Assembly: GCA_030640805.1 (NCBI GenBank)
Contig: DAOWIS010000015.1
Location: forward strand, 1 to 53,026
DNA from: a bacterium
Lineage (GTDB): Bacteria > Patescibacteriota > Minisyncoccia > Minisyncoccales > DAOWIS01
Reading direction: 5' to 3'
Length of the DNA stretch: 53,026 nt
Shown here: positions 17,247 to 26,287 of the stretch, in pieces
How the letters are laid out: every line of letters begins with the position of its first letter
Numbering within the stretch: position 1 is the first letter of the stretch
The notes under the pieces: model-generated
The model's input: only the letters and a program-made list of their open reading frames with translations
Told to the model about the DNA's origin: nothing
Databases searched by the model: none
Program-made: the position numbers and the translations under genes

Positions 17247-19153
17247 TTTTTATTAACGGAAAATTTCCTTACGTATTTTTTAAATAAATTACCTCTTTCT
17301 TTGTAATCTTTAAAAATTCCAAAACTGGCAGAAGCGCAAGAGAGTAAACAAATTTTCTCTTTTTCAGTATTCTGATAAGCAAGATGGACTACTTCTTCCA
17401 TATTATCTACGAAAAAATGCTGTGTCTGCCTGAGTTTTCTCTGAAAATTTGGGCGGTTCTTGGCCTGCAGAAGAATTGCTTTCCAAATTTTCAATCCGGT
17501 GGTTGGGAATAAAATTACTGTCTTTATTTTACTCTCTAATATAATCTTAGCCAATTCCTCAAACCTAAGTTTTTTATCAGAGCCACCCAAAATTATGGTT
17601 TGGATATTCTTGCCAAGGATTTCTATAGCCGAAATAGTGGCTTCGGGGATTGTTGCGGCAGAATCATCGTAGAATTTTATCCCTCGATATTTTCCGACAA
17701 ATTCTAATCTATGTTCAAGAGGTTTAAAGTTTTTAATGGCTTTGGCAATTTTTAGAGAAGGAATATTAAATAACTTTCCGATAATAATGGCTGGTATAAT
17801 ATTTAAAACATTAAATCTTTCTTTTAGAGGAATTTTGTTCTCTTTTATAATTTTTAATCCTTTTTTAAAACCAAAAGGAATTTTTTTTGCTTTGCTTTTT
17901 GAAGCAATTTTTCTTAAAATTTTATCGTCTGAATTGAAAATTAGATAATCATTTTTTGTCTGATAACGAGTTATATTTTCTTTGGCTTTAAGATATTCCT
18001 TAAAATTCTGATAATAATCAAGATGGTCCGGCAATATATTCAAAAAGATAGCAATATGAGGACTTTTTTTAAGTTTTACCAATTGATGGCTGGAAAGTTC
18101 ATAAACAAAAACATCATTTTTTTTAGCCCTTAATAATGAAGATAGCGCCGGTTTTCCAATATTCCCAATCAGATGGGCTTTCATTCCACTATTTTTTAAA
18201 ACTTTATAAATAAGAGAACTAACAGTACTTTTCCCTTTTGTGCCGGTAATGCCAATAATTTTTCCTGGACAATTTTCAAAAAAAATCTCGGTCTGCGAAG
18301 CAATCTTTTTACTATTGAAATCCGACTTCAATAGTTTTTTAAAGGGGATGCCTGGTGTCTTAATTATAATATCGTAGTTTTTCAGAGATTTGAGATAATT
18401 TTTTCCTAAATAAAGCCTAACCTTTTTGTCAGATTTAATCTTCTTTTTTATTTCTGGATTTAATTCATTTATTTTTAATCTATCAGCCAGCCCAATTTGT
18501 TTTTGGGGAAATAATTTCCGCAAAAATTCAAGAGTATCCATCCCTTCTCTTCCCAATCCCAAAATTAATATTTCTTTGGTTCTAAAATCCTCTAACATAT
18601 AGTTATAAGATAGCATAAATTTAAGAATTTTTTCAAATTCTTTTGGTAAATTATGTTGATTGTTCCAGGAATTCATCATTTTTTTTGTTTCTTGCTCTAT
18701 GTTCGGGTATTTAGGTAAAATTCTCTTTTGGAAATACTCCAAAAGAAAAGGAAGCTCTTGGACTTGGACGGAGAACCGTTCTCCGTAAACTAACGGAGAA
18801 CTATTCTCCGTTAGTTTTAAACATAAATAGAAGGCGATTAGGGTTTCTTTTTTGGTGCCGACGCATTCAAAGGGCTTAAATTTCTTTTCGCCGATTAATT
18901 CTAACATTATTGGTGAAAGTTCCTTTTTCTCAAAGAGATTTTTGCCAAAAATTTTAATTAATCTTTCTTTTTTTATAAAAGATATTTTTGATTTCTCTAT
19001 ATTTCTTATCACTAATTTGGGAGAAAAATAAATATCTGGTTCAATTTTGAATTTAAAAAAGATCTCTAAATTATTTTTAGAAATCTTATAAGAATAATTT
19101 TGATAAATAAATTGAGGATATTTCTTTCCCAAGGAATTAGGTTTCTTTTTCAT
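17243..19153 (-). CDS. murD: UDP-N-acetylmuramoylalanine-D-glutamate ligase MurD with an N-terminal extension of about 190 aa
   Basis: The C-terminal ~440 aa are a Mur ligase (GITGTKGKST). The start at MKKKPNS (19153) avoids overlap with mraY. Confidence 0.8.
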   Translation of the reverse strand: MKKKPNSLGKKYPQFIYQNYSYKISKNNLEIFFKFKIEPDIYFSPKLVIRNIEKSKISFIKKERLIKIFGKNLFEKKELSPIMLELIGEKKFKPFECVGTKKETLIAFYLCLKLTENSSPLVYGERFSVQVQELPFLLEYFQKRILPKYPNIEQETKKMMNSWNNQHNLPKEFEKILKFMLSYNYMLEDFRTKEILILGLGREGMDTLEFLRKLFPQKQIGLADRLKINELNPEIKKKIKSDKKVRLYLGKNYLKSLKNYDIIIKTPGIPFKKLLKSDFNSKKIASQTEIFFENCPGKIIGITGTKGKSTVSSLIYKVLKNSGMKAHLIGNIGKPALSSLLRAKKNDVFVYELSSHQLVKLKKSPHIAIFLNILPDHLDYYQNFKEYLKAKENITRYQTKNDYLIFNSDDKILRKIASKSKAKKIPFGFKKGLKIIKENKIPLKERFNVLNIIPAIIIGKLFNIPSLKIAKAIKNFKPLEHRLEFVGKYRGIKFYDDSAATIPEATISAIEILGKNIQTIILGGSDKKLRFEELAKIILESKIKTVILFPTTGLKIWKAILLQAKNRPNFQRKLRQTQHFFVDNMEEVVHLAYQNTEKEKICLLSCASASFGIFKDYKERGNLFKKYVRKFSVNKK

Positions 19154-19209
19154 AGAGACTTGAGCAAAAGTTTCTTCGGAGAACCGTTCTCCGTAAATCA
19201 ATGGGATTT

Positions 19210-20250
19210 TTATCCTAACAGGGCAACTACTAATCCTAAAGCGGCCATTACGCCGGCGATTATCCAAAATCGCTCTACAACTTTTGTCTCTGACCATCCT
19301 TTAGCTTGAAAATGCTGATGAAAAGGAGTAGATAAAAATATTTTTTTATGAAAAATTTTTTTAGAAGTAACCTGAAGAATTACTGATAGAGATTCTAAAA
19401 CTAAAATAAATCCAATAAAAGGAAGAACAAGAGCAGTATTGGTTAGCATAGCGATAATTCCCAAAGTTACCCCTAAAGCCATTGCTCCGGTGTCTCCCAT
19501 AAAAAAGCGAGCTGGATGAATATTAAACCATAAAAATGCCAAAATAGCTCCGCTGGTTACTCCACAAAAAGCCGCTAAATCAGTTTTTCCTTGATATAAT
19601 GAAATGGCTGTATAGGCCATAAAAGCGATTAAAAGAATCCCTCCCGCTAAGCCGTCTAAACCATCTGCTTCATTTAGCGAAAATCCAGTAGCAATGATAA
19701 TAAACATAAAAATCAGAATATACCAAAGTCCTACATTGAAATCTCCCAGAAATGGAATATGAAAGAGATCCCAGTCCAATTTAAAGTAAAACCACCAAGC
19801 TCCGAAGGCGGCGATTGCGCTGTAAAGCAAAATTCGATGCCGCATTCTCAATCCTATTTCCTTGATTTTCGCTTTAAATATCCCTATTAAGTCATCAGCC
19901 AGTCCTATTAGAGCCGAAGCCACTAAAGCCGCTAAAGGAAGCCAGGTCTGAGATCTACTTAAAAAATTAAATTTTTCTAAGATTGTTCCTTGTTGCCATT
20001 GGGAGATTAGCCAAAATAAAAAAGCCACAATCAAAATGGTTCCCCAAATTAGAATTCCTCCCATTGTCGGAGTCCCCTCTTTTTCTTTATGGATTTCTGA
20101 AAAAATAGGAGCTGATTCTTTTTTTACCCTTTTTCTTAGACGATATTTATATAAAAAATGAGTTAAAATTGGTGTGCTAAAAAAGGCAATTCCAAAAGAA
20201 AAAGCAGCCAAAATTAAAATTCTAACGACTTCAAAAATATTATTATTCAT
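19210..20250 (-). CDS. mraY: Phospho-N-acetylmuramoyl-pentapeptide transferase MraY
   Basis: A polytopic membrane protein with the MraY motifs GLADD, NEADGLDGLAGG and FMGDTG. Confidence 0.95.
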   Translation of the reverse strand: MNNNIFEVVRILILAAFSFGIAFFSTPILTHFLYKYRLRKRVKKESAPIFSEIHKEKEGTPTMGGILIWGTILIVAFLFWLISQWQQGTILEKFNFLSRSQTWLPLAALVASALIGLADDLIGIFKAKIKEIGLRMRHRILLYSAIAAFGAWWFYFKLDWDLFHIPFLGDFNVGLWYILIFMFIIIATGFSLNEADGLDGLAGGILLIAFMAYTAISLYQGKTDLAAFCGVTSGAILAFLWFNIHPARFFMGDTGAMALGVTLGIIAMLTNTALVLPFIGFILVLESLSVILQVTSKKIFHKKIFLSTPFHQHFQAKGWSETKVVERFWIIAGVMAALGLVVALLG

Positions 20251-20253
20251 AAA

Positions 20254-21231
20254 CTATTTCCACAAATAAGCGGAATTTGACCAATTAATTAATTTCTCCA
20301 TTTCTTGAAATTTATTTTTTGCTCCAAGAATTATATTAATAACTTTTTCTTTATTAGGAGTTTCCATTACCAAAACCATACAATCTCCTGCTTCTTCAAT
20401 ATATCCAGTTTTTCCTCCTATTAGACCAGGGATTTTTTCTAAAAGTTTATTGGTGTTTATTAAATGGTGAGAAATTGTTCCATCCGAAGAATAAATATCT
20501 ATTGCTGGCGTTAGAAGAATTTCCCAGATTAGAGAAAAATCTTTAGAAGATAAAATATACTCGGTAATCTTGGCTAAATCGTAAGCAGAACTAATATTTT
20601 TATAATCTAAGCCAGTGGGTTCTGAAAAATAAGTATTTTTTAGTTCTAAATCTCTAATTTTTTTATTTATTAAATCTACGAAATTTTCCTTGCCGATTTT
20701 TTCAGATAAAGCAACGGCTGAGTCATTACTTGACTGCATTAACATGGCATATAGAAGATTTTTTACTGAAATTTTTTCGCCTATTACAAAATCTGGACCG
20801 TTCCCCTCAGTCATTATTGCTTCCCTGCTTATTTGTATTAAATCGTCTAAATTATAATTTTCCATTACAATGAGAGCAGTGATTAGTTTGGTTAAGCTGG
20901 CTATGGGTAGTTCCTCGGAAATATTATTTTGAAAAAGAATTTTTTCTGGATTGGAAATCAAAAGAGAAAGAGCGGCTCTGCTCTCAAGTTGGATTTGTTT
21001 GACCCCCCAGTTTCTAATAGGCAAAAAATCTACTGAATTAGACATTTCTAAAAAAATATTATCGGAGAGCGGCAATTTTGCATATAGCCTTGTTTCAAAC
21101 AAAGATTTTCTTGTATCCAATAAATTGAAGGTTAAATTTTCTTTATCATTATAAAGAAAATATCCAGTAATAATAATTATTAATATTAAAGCAATTAAAA
21201 AAGAAACTATAACTTTATCCATATTGAACAA
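20254..21231 (-). CDS. D-alanyl-D-alanine carboxypeptidase (S11 family)
   Basis: The SxxK motif (SLTKLIT), the SxN motif (SSND) and the KTG motif (GKTGY) are all present. Confidence 0.8.
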   Translation of the reverse strand: MFNMDKVIVSFLIALILIIIITGYFLYNDKENLTFNLLDTRKSLFETRLYAKLPLSDNIFLEMSNSVDFLPIRNWGVKQIQLESRAALSLLISNPEKILFQNNISEELPIASLTKLITALIVMENYNLDDLIQISREAIMTEGNGPDFVIGEKISVKNLLYAMLMQSSNDSAVALSEKIGKENFVDLINKKIRDLELKNTYFSEPTGLDYKNISSAYDLAKITEYILSSKDFSLIWEILLTPAIDIYSSDGTISHHLINTNKLLEKIPGLIGGKTGYIEEAGDCMVLVMETPNKEKVINIILGAKNKFQEMEKLINWSNSAYLWK

Positions 21232-21249
21232 CTATTAAGGTTCAACCTC

Positions 21250-22752
21250 CTATGGAGGTTGAACCTCTTTATTTTTTTCTTGTTGTATTTTTATGTGTAA
21301 TTCTTCTAATTGTTCTTTAGTAATCTCTGAGGGCATATCCATCATTAAATCTCTTCCGTCGCCAGTTTTTGGAAAAGCAATTACCTCTCGGATATTCGGT
21401 TCGCCGCATAAAATAGCTAAAAATCTATCAATGCCTGGAGCAATCCCTCCATGTGGCGGAACACCGTATTGAAAGGCTTTAAATAAATGGCTAAACTTTT
21501 TTTTGGCTTCTTCTTTTTTATAACCCATTACTTCAAATACTGCTTCTAAGATTTCTGGCTTGTAGGTTCTTAGACTTCCTCCTCCAATTTCCCAGCCATT
21601 TAAAACAAAGTCGTATTGATGAGCCAAAATATTCTGGGGTTCTTTTTTTATTTTTTTAATGTTTTCAATCTGGGGTCGAGTAAAGGGATGGTGGCAAGCA
21701 TCCCACCGACCTTGCCCTGAGCCTGTCGAAGGGTTTTCCTTTTCCCTCCACTCAAACATTGGGAAATCTTTAACAAAAAGGAATGATAATTCATCAGGAT
21801 TTGACTTGTCTTTTCTTAAATCCGGTTTATCGGTTTTATATTTTTCCATAACCTCTTTATGGATCAGTCGTGGGAAAGGAATTTGAGTAATAAATTTTCG
21901 AGGAAATATGGTCTTGATAATATCAATATAAAGCCGTTCAATTAAATTTAAAATGTCTTCCTCTTCAATAAATGCCATCTCAATGTCAAGTTGGGTGAAT
22001 TCCATCTGCCTATCGGCTCTGGGATCTTCATCTCGAAAGCAACGAGCAATCTGGAAATATTTTTCAAATCCTGCCACCATCAGTAATTGCTTATATTGCT
22101 GAGGACTTTGAGGCAGGGCATAAAATTTTCCCGGATGGAGACGACTGGGTACTATAAAATCTCTTGCTCCCTCGGGAGTAGATTTAGTAAGAATAGGTGT
22201 TTCAATTTCGACAAATCCCTCATTTTCTAAAAATTTTCTAATGTGTTGGATGACCTTAAATCGGAGTTTCAAATTTTTTTTCATTTTTTCTCTTCTTAGA
22301 TCTAAATATCGGTAGCGCAACCTTATCTCTTCAGAAGTGGCAGTAATTATTTTTGGTTTTTTCACATCAGCTACTATTCTTTCTGCCTTAGGGATACGAA
22401 CAATGGCATCTTTTCTATTAATCTCAAAAGGAAGAGTTTTAGTTTCTGAATAAACTTTTAAATTTTCTGCTGAAATTTCAATTTGACCAGTTTTAATCTC
22501 TGAGTTTTCCATTCCTTTAGGTCTTTGAATAACTTTTCCCACTACCCCAATTACCCACTCTGGTCGTAATTTCTCAGCCAATTCATAAACACTCTTGTTG
22601 CTTGGATTAAATACTATTTGTACTAAACCAGATTCATCCCTTAAATCAATAAAAATAATTTTCCCGTGATCTCTCCGAGAATGAACCCAGCCACAGACCC
22701 TAACTAACTTGCCTGAATGTTTAATTGTTTCTTTAGATAGAATCCTTTTCAT
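21250..22752 (-). CDS. aspS: Aspartyl-tRNA synthetase
   Basis: OB-fold N-terminus and class II motifs (FYALPQSPQQYKQLLM, FRDEDPRADR, GGIAPGIDR). Confidence 0.9.
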   Translation of the reverse strand: MKRILSKETIKHSGKLVRVCGWVHSRRDHGKIIFIDLRDESGLVQIVFNPSNKSVYELAEKLRPEWVIGVVGKVIQRPKGMENSEIKTGQIEISAENLKVYSETKTLPFEINRKDAIVRIPKAERIVADVKKPKIITATSEEIRLRYRYLDLRREKMKKNLKLRFKVIQHIRKFLENEGFVEIETPILTKSTPEGARDFIVPSRLHPGKFYALPQSPQQYKQLLMVAGFEKYFQIARCFRDEDPRADRQMEFTQLDIEMAFIEEEDILNLIERLYIDIIKTIFPRKFITQIPFPRLIHKEVMEKYKTDKPDLRKDKSNPDELSFLFVKDFPMFEWREKENPSTGSGQGRWDACHHPFTRPQIENIKKIKKEPQNILAHQYDFVLNGWEIGGGSLRTYKPEILEAVFEVMGYKKEEAKKKFSHLFKAFQYGVPPHGGIAPGIDRFLAILCGEPNIREVIAFPKTGDGRDLMMDMPSEITKEQLEELHIKIQQEKNKEVQPP

Positions 22753-22755
22753 AAT

Positions 22756-23121
22756 TTACTTTTTCAAATACTTCTTTATTTCCTCCACTACTTCATCTGG
22801 AGTGTAGTTAGTTTTTAATAAATAACACTCTGCTCCTAATAATAAGGCCTCTTTTTCTATCTCTTCGGTATAAAGATTAGAGAAAATAATTATGGGAATT
22901 GATTTAGTTTTAGGGTTAGCTTTTAATATCTTTAAGGCAGAAATTCCATCTATCCCAGGAAGTAAAATATCTAGCAGGATTAAATCCGGCTTATCTTTTT
23001 TTACCAACTCAATTCCCTCTTCAGCATCTATTATTTTTATAACCCTAAAACCCTCCTGCTTTAATTTAATAGAGTACATATCGGATTGGATTTTCTCATC
23101 TTCAATTAACAAAATTTTCAT
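22756..23121 (-). CDS. Single-domain response regulator (receiver only)
   Basis: CheY-like sequence (MKILLIEDE, DLILLDILLPGIDG). The start at MKILL is preferred. Confidence 0.8.
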   Translation of the reverse strand: MKILLIEDEKIQSDMYSIKLKQEGFRVIKIIDAEEGIELVKKDKPDLILLDILLPGIDGISALKILKANPKTKSIPIIIFSNLYTEEIEKEALLLGAECYLLKTNYTPDEVVEEIKKYLKK

Positions 23122-23208
23122 AATAACGCGACACCAATCCACGAATAGCACACGAATGACACGAATAAATTGTTCGTTATTCGTATAAAATTTGTAGATT
23201 AGTATTGG

Positions 23209-24774
23209 TTAGATGGACAATTCAATATAAAATGTACTTCCTTTATCTTTCCCAGGACTTTCGGCCCAGATTTTTCCCTGATGGGCTTCAACAATCATTT
23301 TAGACAAATAAAGACCAAGTCCTATTCCTTCCGGACTAATCCGAGGAACTTCTTTTCCTCGGATAAATCTCCCAAAAATAATTGCTAACTCCTCTTTATC
23401 TATTCCTCTTCCCGTATCAGAAACAATAATTCTTACTTTCTTTACTTTCTTTACTATTTTTACCTTTATTTCTCCTTTATTAGTATATCTTATAGCATTA
23501 TCTATTACATTTAAAATCACTTGTTCAAATTTTTCTGGGTCAATCCTAACTTTAGGCAAAAGTATTTTCGGTTTTTTGTACAATAAAAAGAGATTGTTTT
23601 CTTGGGCTTCTAATTTTAATTCTTCTACTATTTCATTCACTAACTTATTTAAATCTACCATTTGAAAGTTATATTTCATTTTCCCGGCCCCCATTCTGGA
23701 AATATCTAAAAGGTCATTAACTAATTTTATCAATCTTTCATTAGAAGTATAAACCTTTTTCAAAACCTTTTCTGCCCTTGGTTTAATCTTCCCATAGGAT
23801 TCCTCCAAAAGCATGGAAATATATCCCTTAATAATTGAGAGAGGGCTTCTCAACTGATGCGAAGCAATAGAAATAAACTCGGTTTTGGCTTCGTCCAATT
23901 TTTTAAGGTCTTGATAAGCCACTTGGAGTTCTTCCCTTAGCTTAATTTCTTTTAAAGTACTTTTAATTAAAAGATAACCGAAAATAATAAAGGAAGTAAA
24001 AACACCAAGATTTAAAACTCTTAACCTAAAAGTTTCTGCTAAAAAAATCTGAATTAATAAAACCAAACCTATCAGTCCAACTAAAAGTTCAGTTAAAACA
24101 ACTCTTATATCAAACAGTTCCTTTTTAACAATAGCGTAAGCGGTAATCGCTACAAAAATAGCCCCAGAGATAAAAGAAAATGGATAAATACTAATTTTAT
24201 AAGCTGGAAGATAGGCAGTAGACCCAATAGTTATTAGAACAAAAAAGGCTAACAACATATAACGTGCTTGTTCCTTCTGCAATCCCTTAAACTTTTTATA
24301 TGCTTTATTGAAATTAATAAGGACGAGTAATAGATAGAAAGAAAAAAATATTAAAAAAATATGATGGAAAAACTGTGCTTGAGTATGAACCCCCCAGGGG
24401 TATTTAAATAAACCGCTCACAAAATAATCAGTTCTACTAATTACCAAAAAAATAAATGATAGAATATAACTTAAAATCAACAATTTCTTTCTGTTTATTT
24501 TTCTAAATTCTAAACTAAAGTGGTAAAAAAGTGATGGTACAAAAACTACACCGATATAAATAAAACGATCCCAGAAAATTGCTTTGGGGTCGTTATCTTT
24601 GCTCAAAAACATCATAAAAGTGCCAAAAAGCCAGATAGAAACAGATAAACACAATAAAGCAAAAATTACATTTAATTTTGATTTAGGCTTTTCGAAATAA
24701 ACAAAAATTCCAAGTCCAAAAACGAAAATAGCACTTATTAAAGGCGGGATTAAAGATAAAATTGAAATGGTCAT
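23209..24774 (-). CDS. Membrane sensor histidine kinase
   Basis: Multi-TM N-terminus, H-box FISIASHQLRSPL, and HATPase_c N/G boxes (DNAIRYT, DTGRGI, GIGLGL). Confidence 0.85.
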   Translation of the reverse strand: MTISILSLIPPLISAIFVFGLGIFVYFEKPKSKLNVIFALLCLSVSIWLFGTFMMFLSKDNDPKAIFWDRFIYIGVVFVPSLFYHFSLEFRKINRKKLLILSYILSFIFLVISRTDYFVSGLFKYPWGVHTQAQFFHHIFLIFFSFYLLLVLINFNKAYKKFKGLQKEQARYMLLAFFVLITIGSTAYLPAYKISIYPFSFISGAIFVAITAYAIVKKELFDIRVVLTELLVGLIGLVLLIQIFLAETFRLRVLNLGVFTSFIIFGYLLIKSTLKEIKLREELQVAYQDLKKLDEAKTEFISIASHQLRSPLSIIKGYISMLLEESYGKIKPRAEKVLKKVYTSNERLIKLVNDLLDISRMGAGKMKYNFQMVDLNKLVNEIVEELKLEAQENNLFLLYKKPKILLPKVRIDPEKFEQVILNVIDNAIRYTNKGEIKVKIVKKVKKVRIIVSDTGRGIDKEELAIIFGRFIRGKEVPRISPEGIGLGLYLSKMIVEAHQGKIWAESPGKDKGSTFYIELSI

Positions 24775-24887
24775 AACTGGAAATTAGCTCTCTTTTTGAT
24801 TTTAGCATTTTTTCCTAAAATAGCATAGATTTTTTAGATAATAAAAATGGGATTAGAATAAACTGATTTATAATATCCTAATCCCAT

Positions 24888-25937
24888 TTAGAAGACCATT
24901 TCCTTTATGGATTCTCTTAGGAAGGTATCCTCTGGTATAGCTTTTCCAAAGCAAGAAAGTGGGGCATGTGAAAAACCATACTTTCTTCCCCAAATCATCG
25001 TTTTTTCCATATGAGGAATTGCAATCTCCCCGACATAATCGCCTTGGTCATTCTCGAGGCATTGCATTATTGTCTCAGCCCAACAAGCAAAGGTAACTCC
25101 CTTAGGAACATCGGTTATTTGAACGCCTAAATCAATTCCAGGGATACTAACTAATGCACCGTCTATCTTTACTGCATTAGGCCGTTTTATTCTTAATTTC
25201 AGATAATTCTCATATGGGAGATTGGGAGGAACCGAAACTTCATAGATAACAACCCATGGATCAGATTTTAGATGATTCGAAGAGACAAGAGCATTGGAAT
25301 TGTTGGTTGCGGTAATAATTATATCAGCGTCTCTGATAGGGTTTAGAATGGTACCTACCTTAAGAGTAATACCCCTTTTACATAGGATATTGTTAATCAG
25401 ACGCTGAAGTTTTATCTTATTGGGGCCGATTAGAATTAATGAGCAACCCTTTTGAGATAACACTGTTGATAATACTTTTCCAATAAGTCCGTAAGCTCCA
25501 ATAATGGCAATGGTTAAATCTTCTAATCTCCGATTAATTTTTTCGGCAATCATTTCGATTCCCTTAATAGTAATACCGGCAGCGTAACTATCGCCGTGAG
25601 TCAGAGAAGCAGTTACTGATCCACAATCTACTAACCACTGACCTTTTCTGGTTACAGAAGAGGTTAATGAAGTAAGTCCAAATAATTCAATTCCCAATTG
25701 TTCCTCTCCGTAAATTATAGCATCTAAAATTCGTTTCCTGACTTCTCCATTATGCCTGAGATCCATGACTTCAGAACCAGTTAAACTCAAGACAATAATA
25801 TATCCTTTTGCTCTTCCAAAAACATCAAATTTACTCCATACCTTAAAAGGCGGTAGTTTTCCGTTTCGACATTCAGGAAATACCAGAGGAATGTCTCCTT
25901 TGTTTCTCAAATTTGAAATAATTCCGAACCTTCTCAC
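24888..25937 (-). CDS. NAD(P)-binding oxidoreductase resembling the long-chain acyl-ACP reductase (AAR) family
   Basis: IAIIGAYGLIGKVL Rossmann motif. LTHGDSYAA and FACWAETIMQCLE resemble cyanobacterial AAR as I recall it. GTG start with an AGGAG SD sequence. Confidence 0.45.
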   Translation of the reverse strand: MRRFGIISNLRNKGDIPLVFPECRNGKLPPFKVWSKFDVFGRAKGYIIVLSLTGSEVMDLRHNGEVRKRILDAIIYGEEQLGIELFGLTSLTSSVTRKGQWLVDCGSVTASLTHGDSYAAGITIKGIEMIAEKINRRLEDLTIAIIGAYGLIGKVLSTVLSQKGCSLILIGPNKIKLQRLINNILCKRGITLKVGTILNPIRDADIIITATNNSNALVSSNHLKSDPWVVIYEVSVPPNLPYENYLKLRIKRPNAVKIDGALVSIPGIDLGVQITDVPKGVTFACWAETIMQCLENDQGDYVGEIAIPHMEKTMIWGRKYGFSHAPLSCFGKAIPEDTFLRESIKEMVF

Positions 25938-26057
25938 TTTTTAATCATCTCCTTTCTATATTTATTTAATTGTTAAAGTAACTAAATTATCAACATCTAC
26001 CTATATTTTAGCAAATTAAACAATCCAGTCAACTTAAAATGAAAGTGTAAATAAAAA

Positions 26058-26085
26058 AGCCCTATCATTTAAGCAAGATAGGGCT
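26058..26085 (-). terminator. Rho-independent terminator ending the ORF-plus-array transcript
   Basis: agccctatc / gatagggct 9-bp stem, followed on the minus strand by TTTTTTAT. Confidence 0.7.
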
Positions 26086-26089
26086 TTTT

Positions 26090-26287
26090 AAGGAGATTCT
26101 GGGATTATGAGGCAAGGCCGTGTTGGCTTTTCGTATTAGCATGTTGGCCTTAAGGCAAGAAAGAAATGGCTTTTCGCAGTCGTCGGGTGGCCTTAAAGGG
26201 CAATCACGAGTTGGTTTTTCACATCTACAACATGGCCTTAAGGGCAAATACATGATGGTTTCTCACACGTTCCTCATGGCTTTAACT
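26090..26287 (-). ncRNA. TIGR-like tandem interspaced repeat array, 3' part (four units) with a 3' closing arm
   Basis: On the minus strand, UUAA(A/G)GCCA-N8-9-YGYGARAARCCA-N9-UGCC(C)UU(U)AA occurs four times. It starts on the stop codon of the ORF and ends with CCAGAAUCUCCUU. Confidence 0.6.

Noticed and set aside
17243-19297. Longest-ORF N-terminal extensions (murD to 19297, gltX to 14745, rsmH to 51105, ftsL to 50036, response regulator to 23151, htpX to 2962)
   Set aside because: The extensions overlap upstream genes or run through intergenic hairpin repeats. Internal ATG starts give family-typical N-termini.
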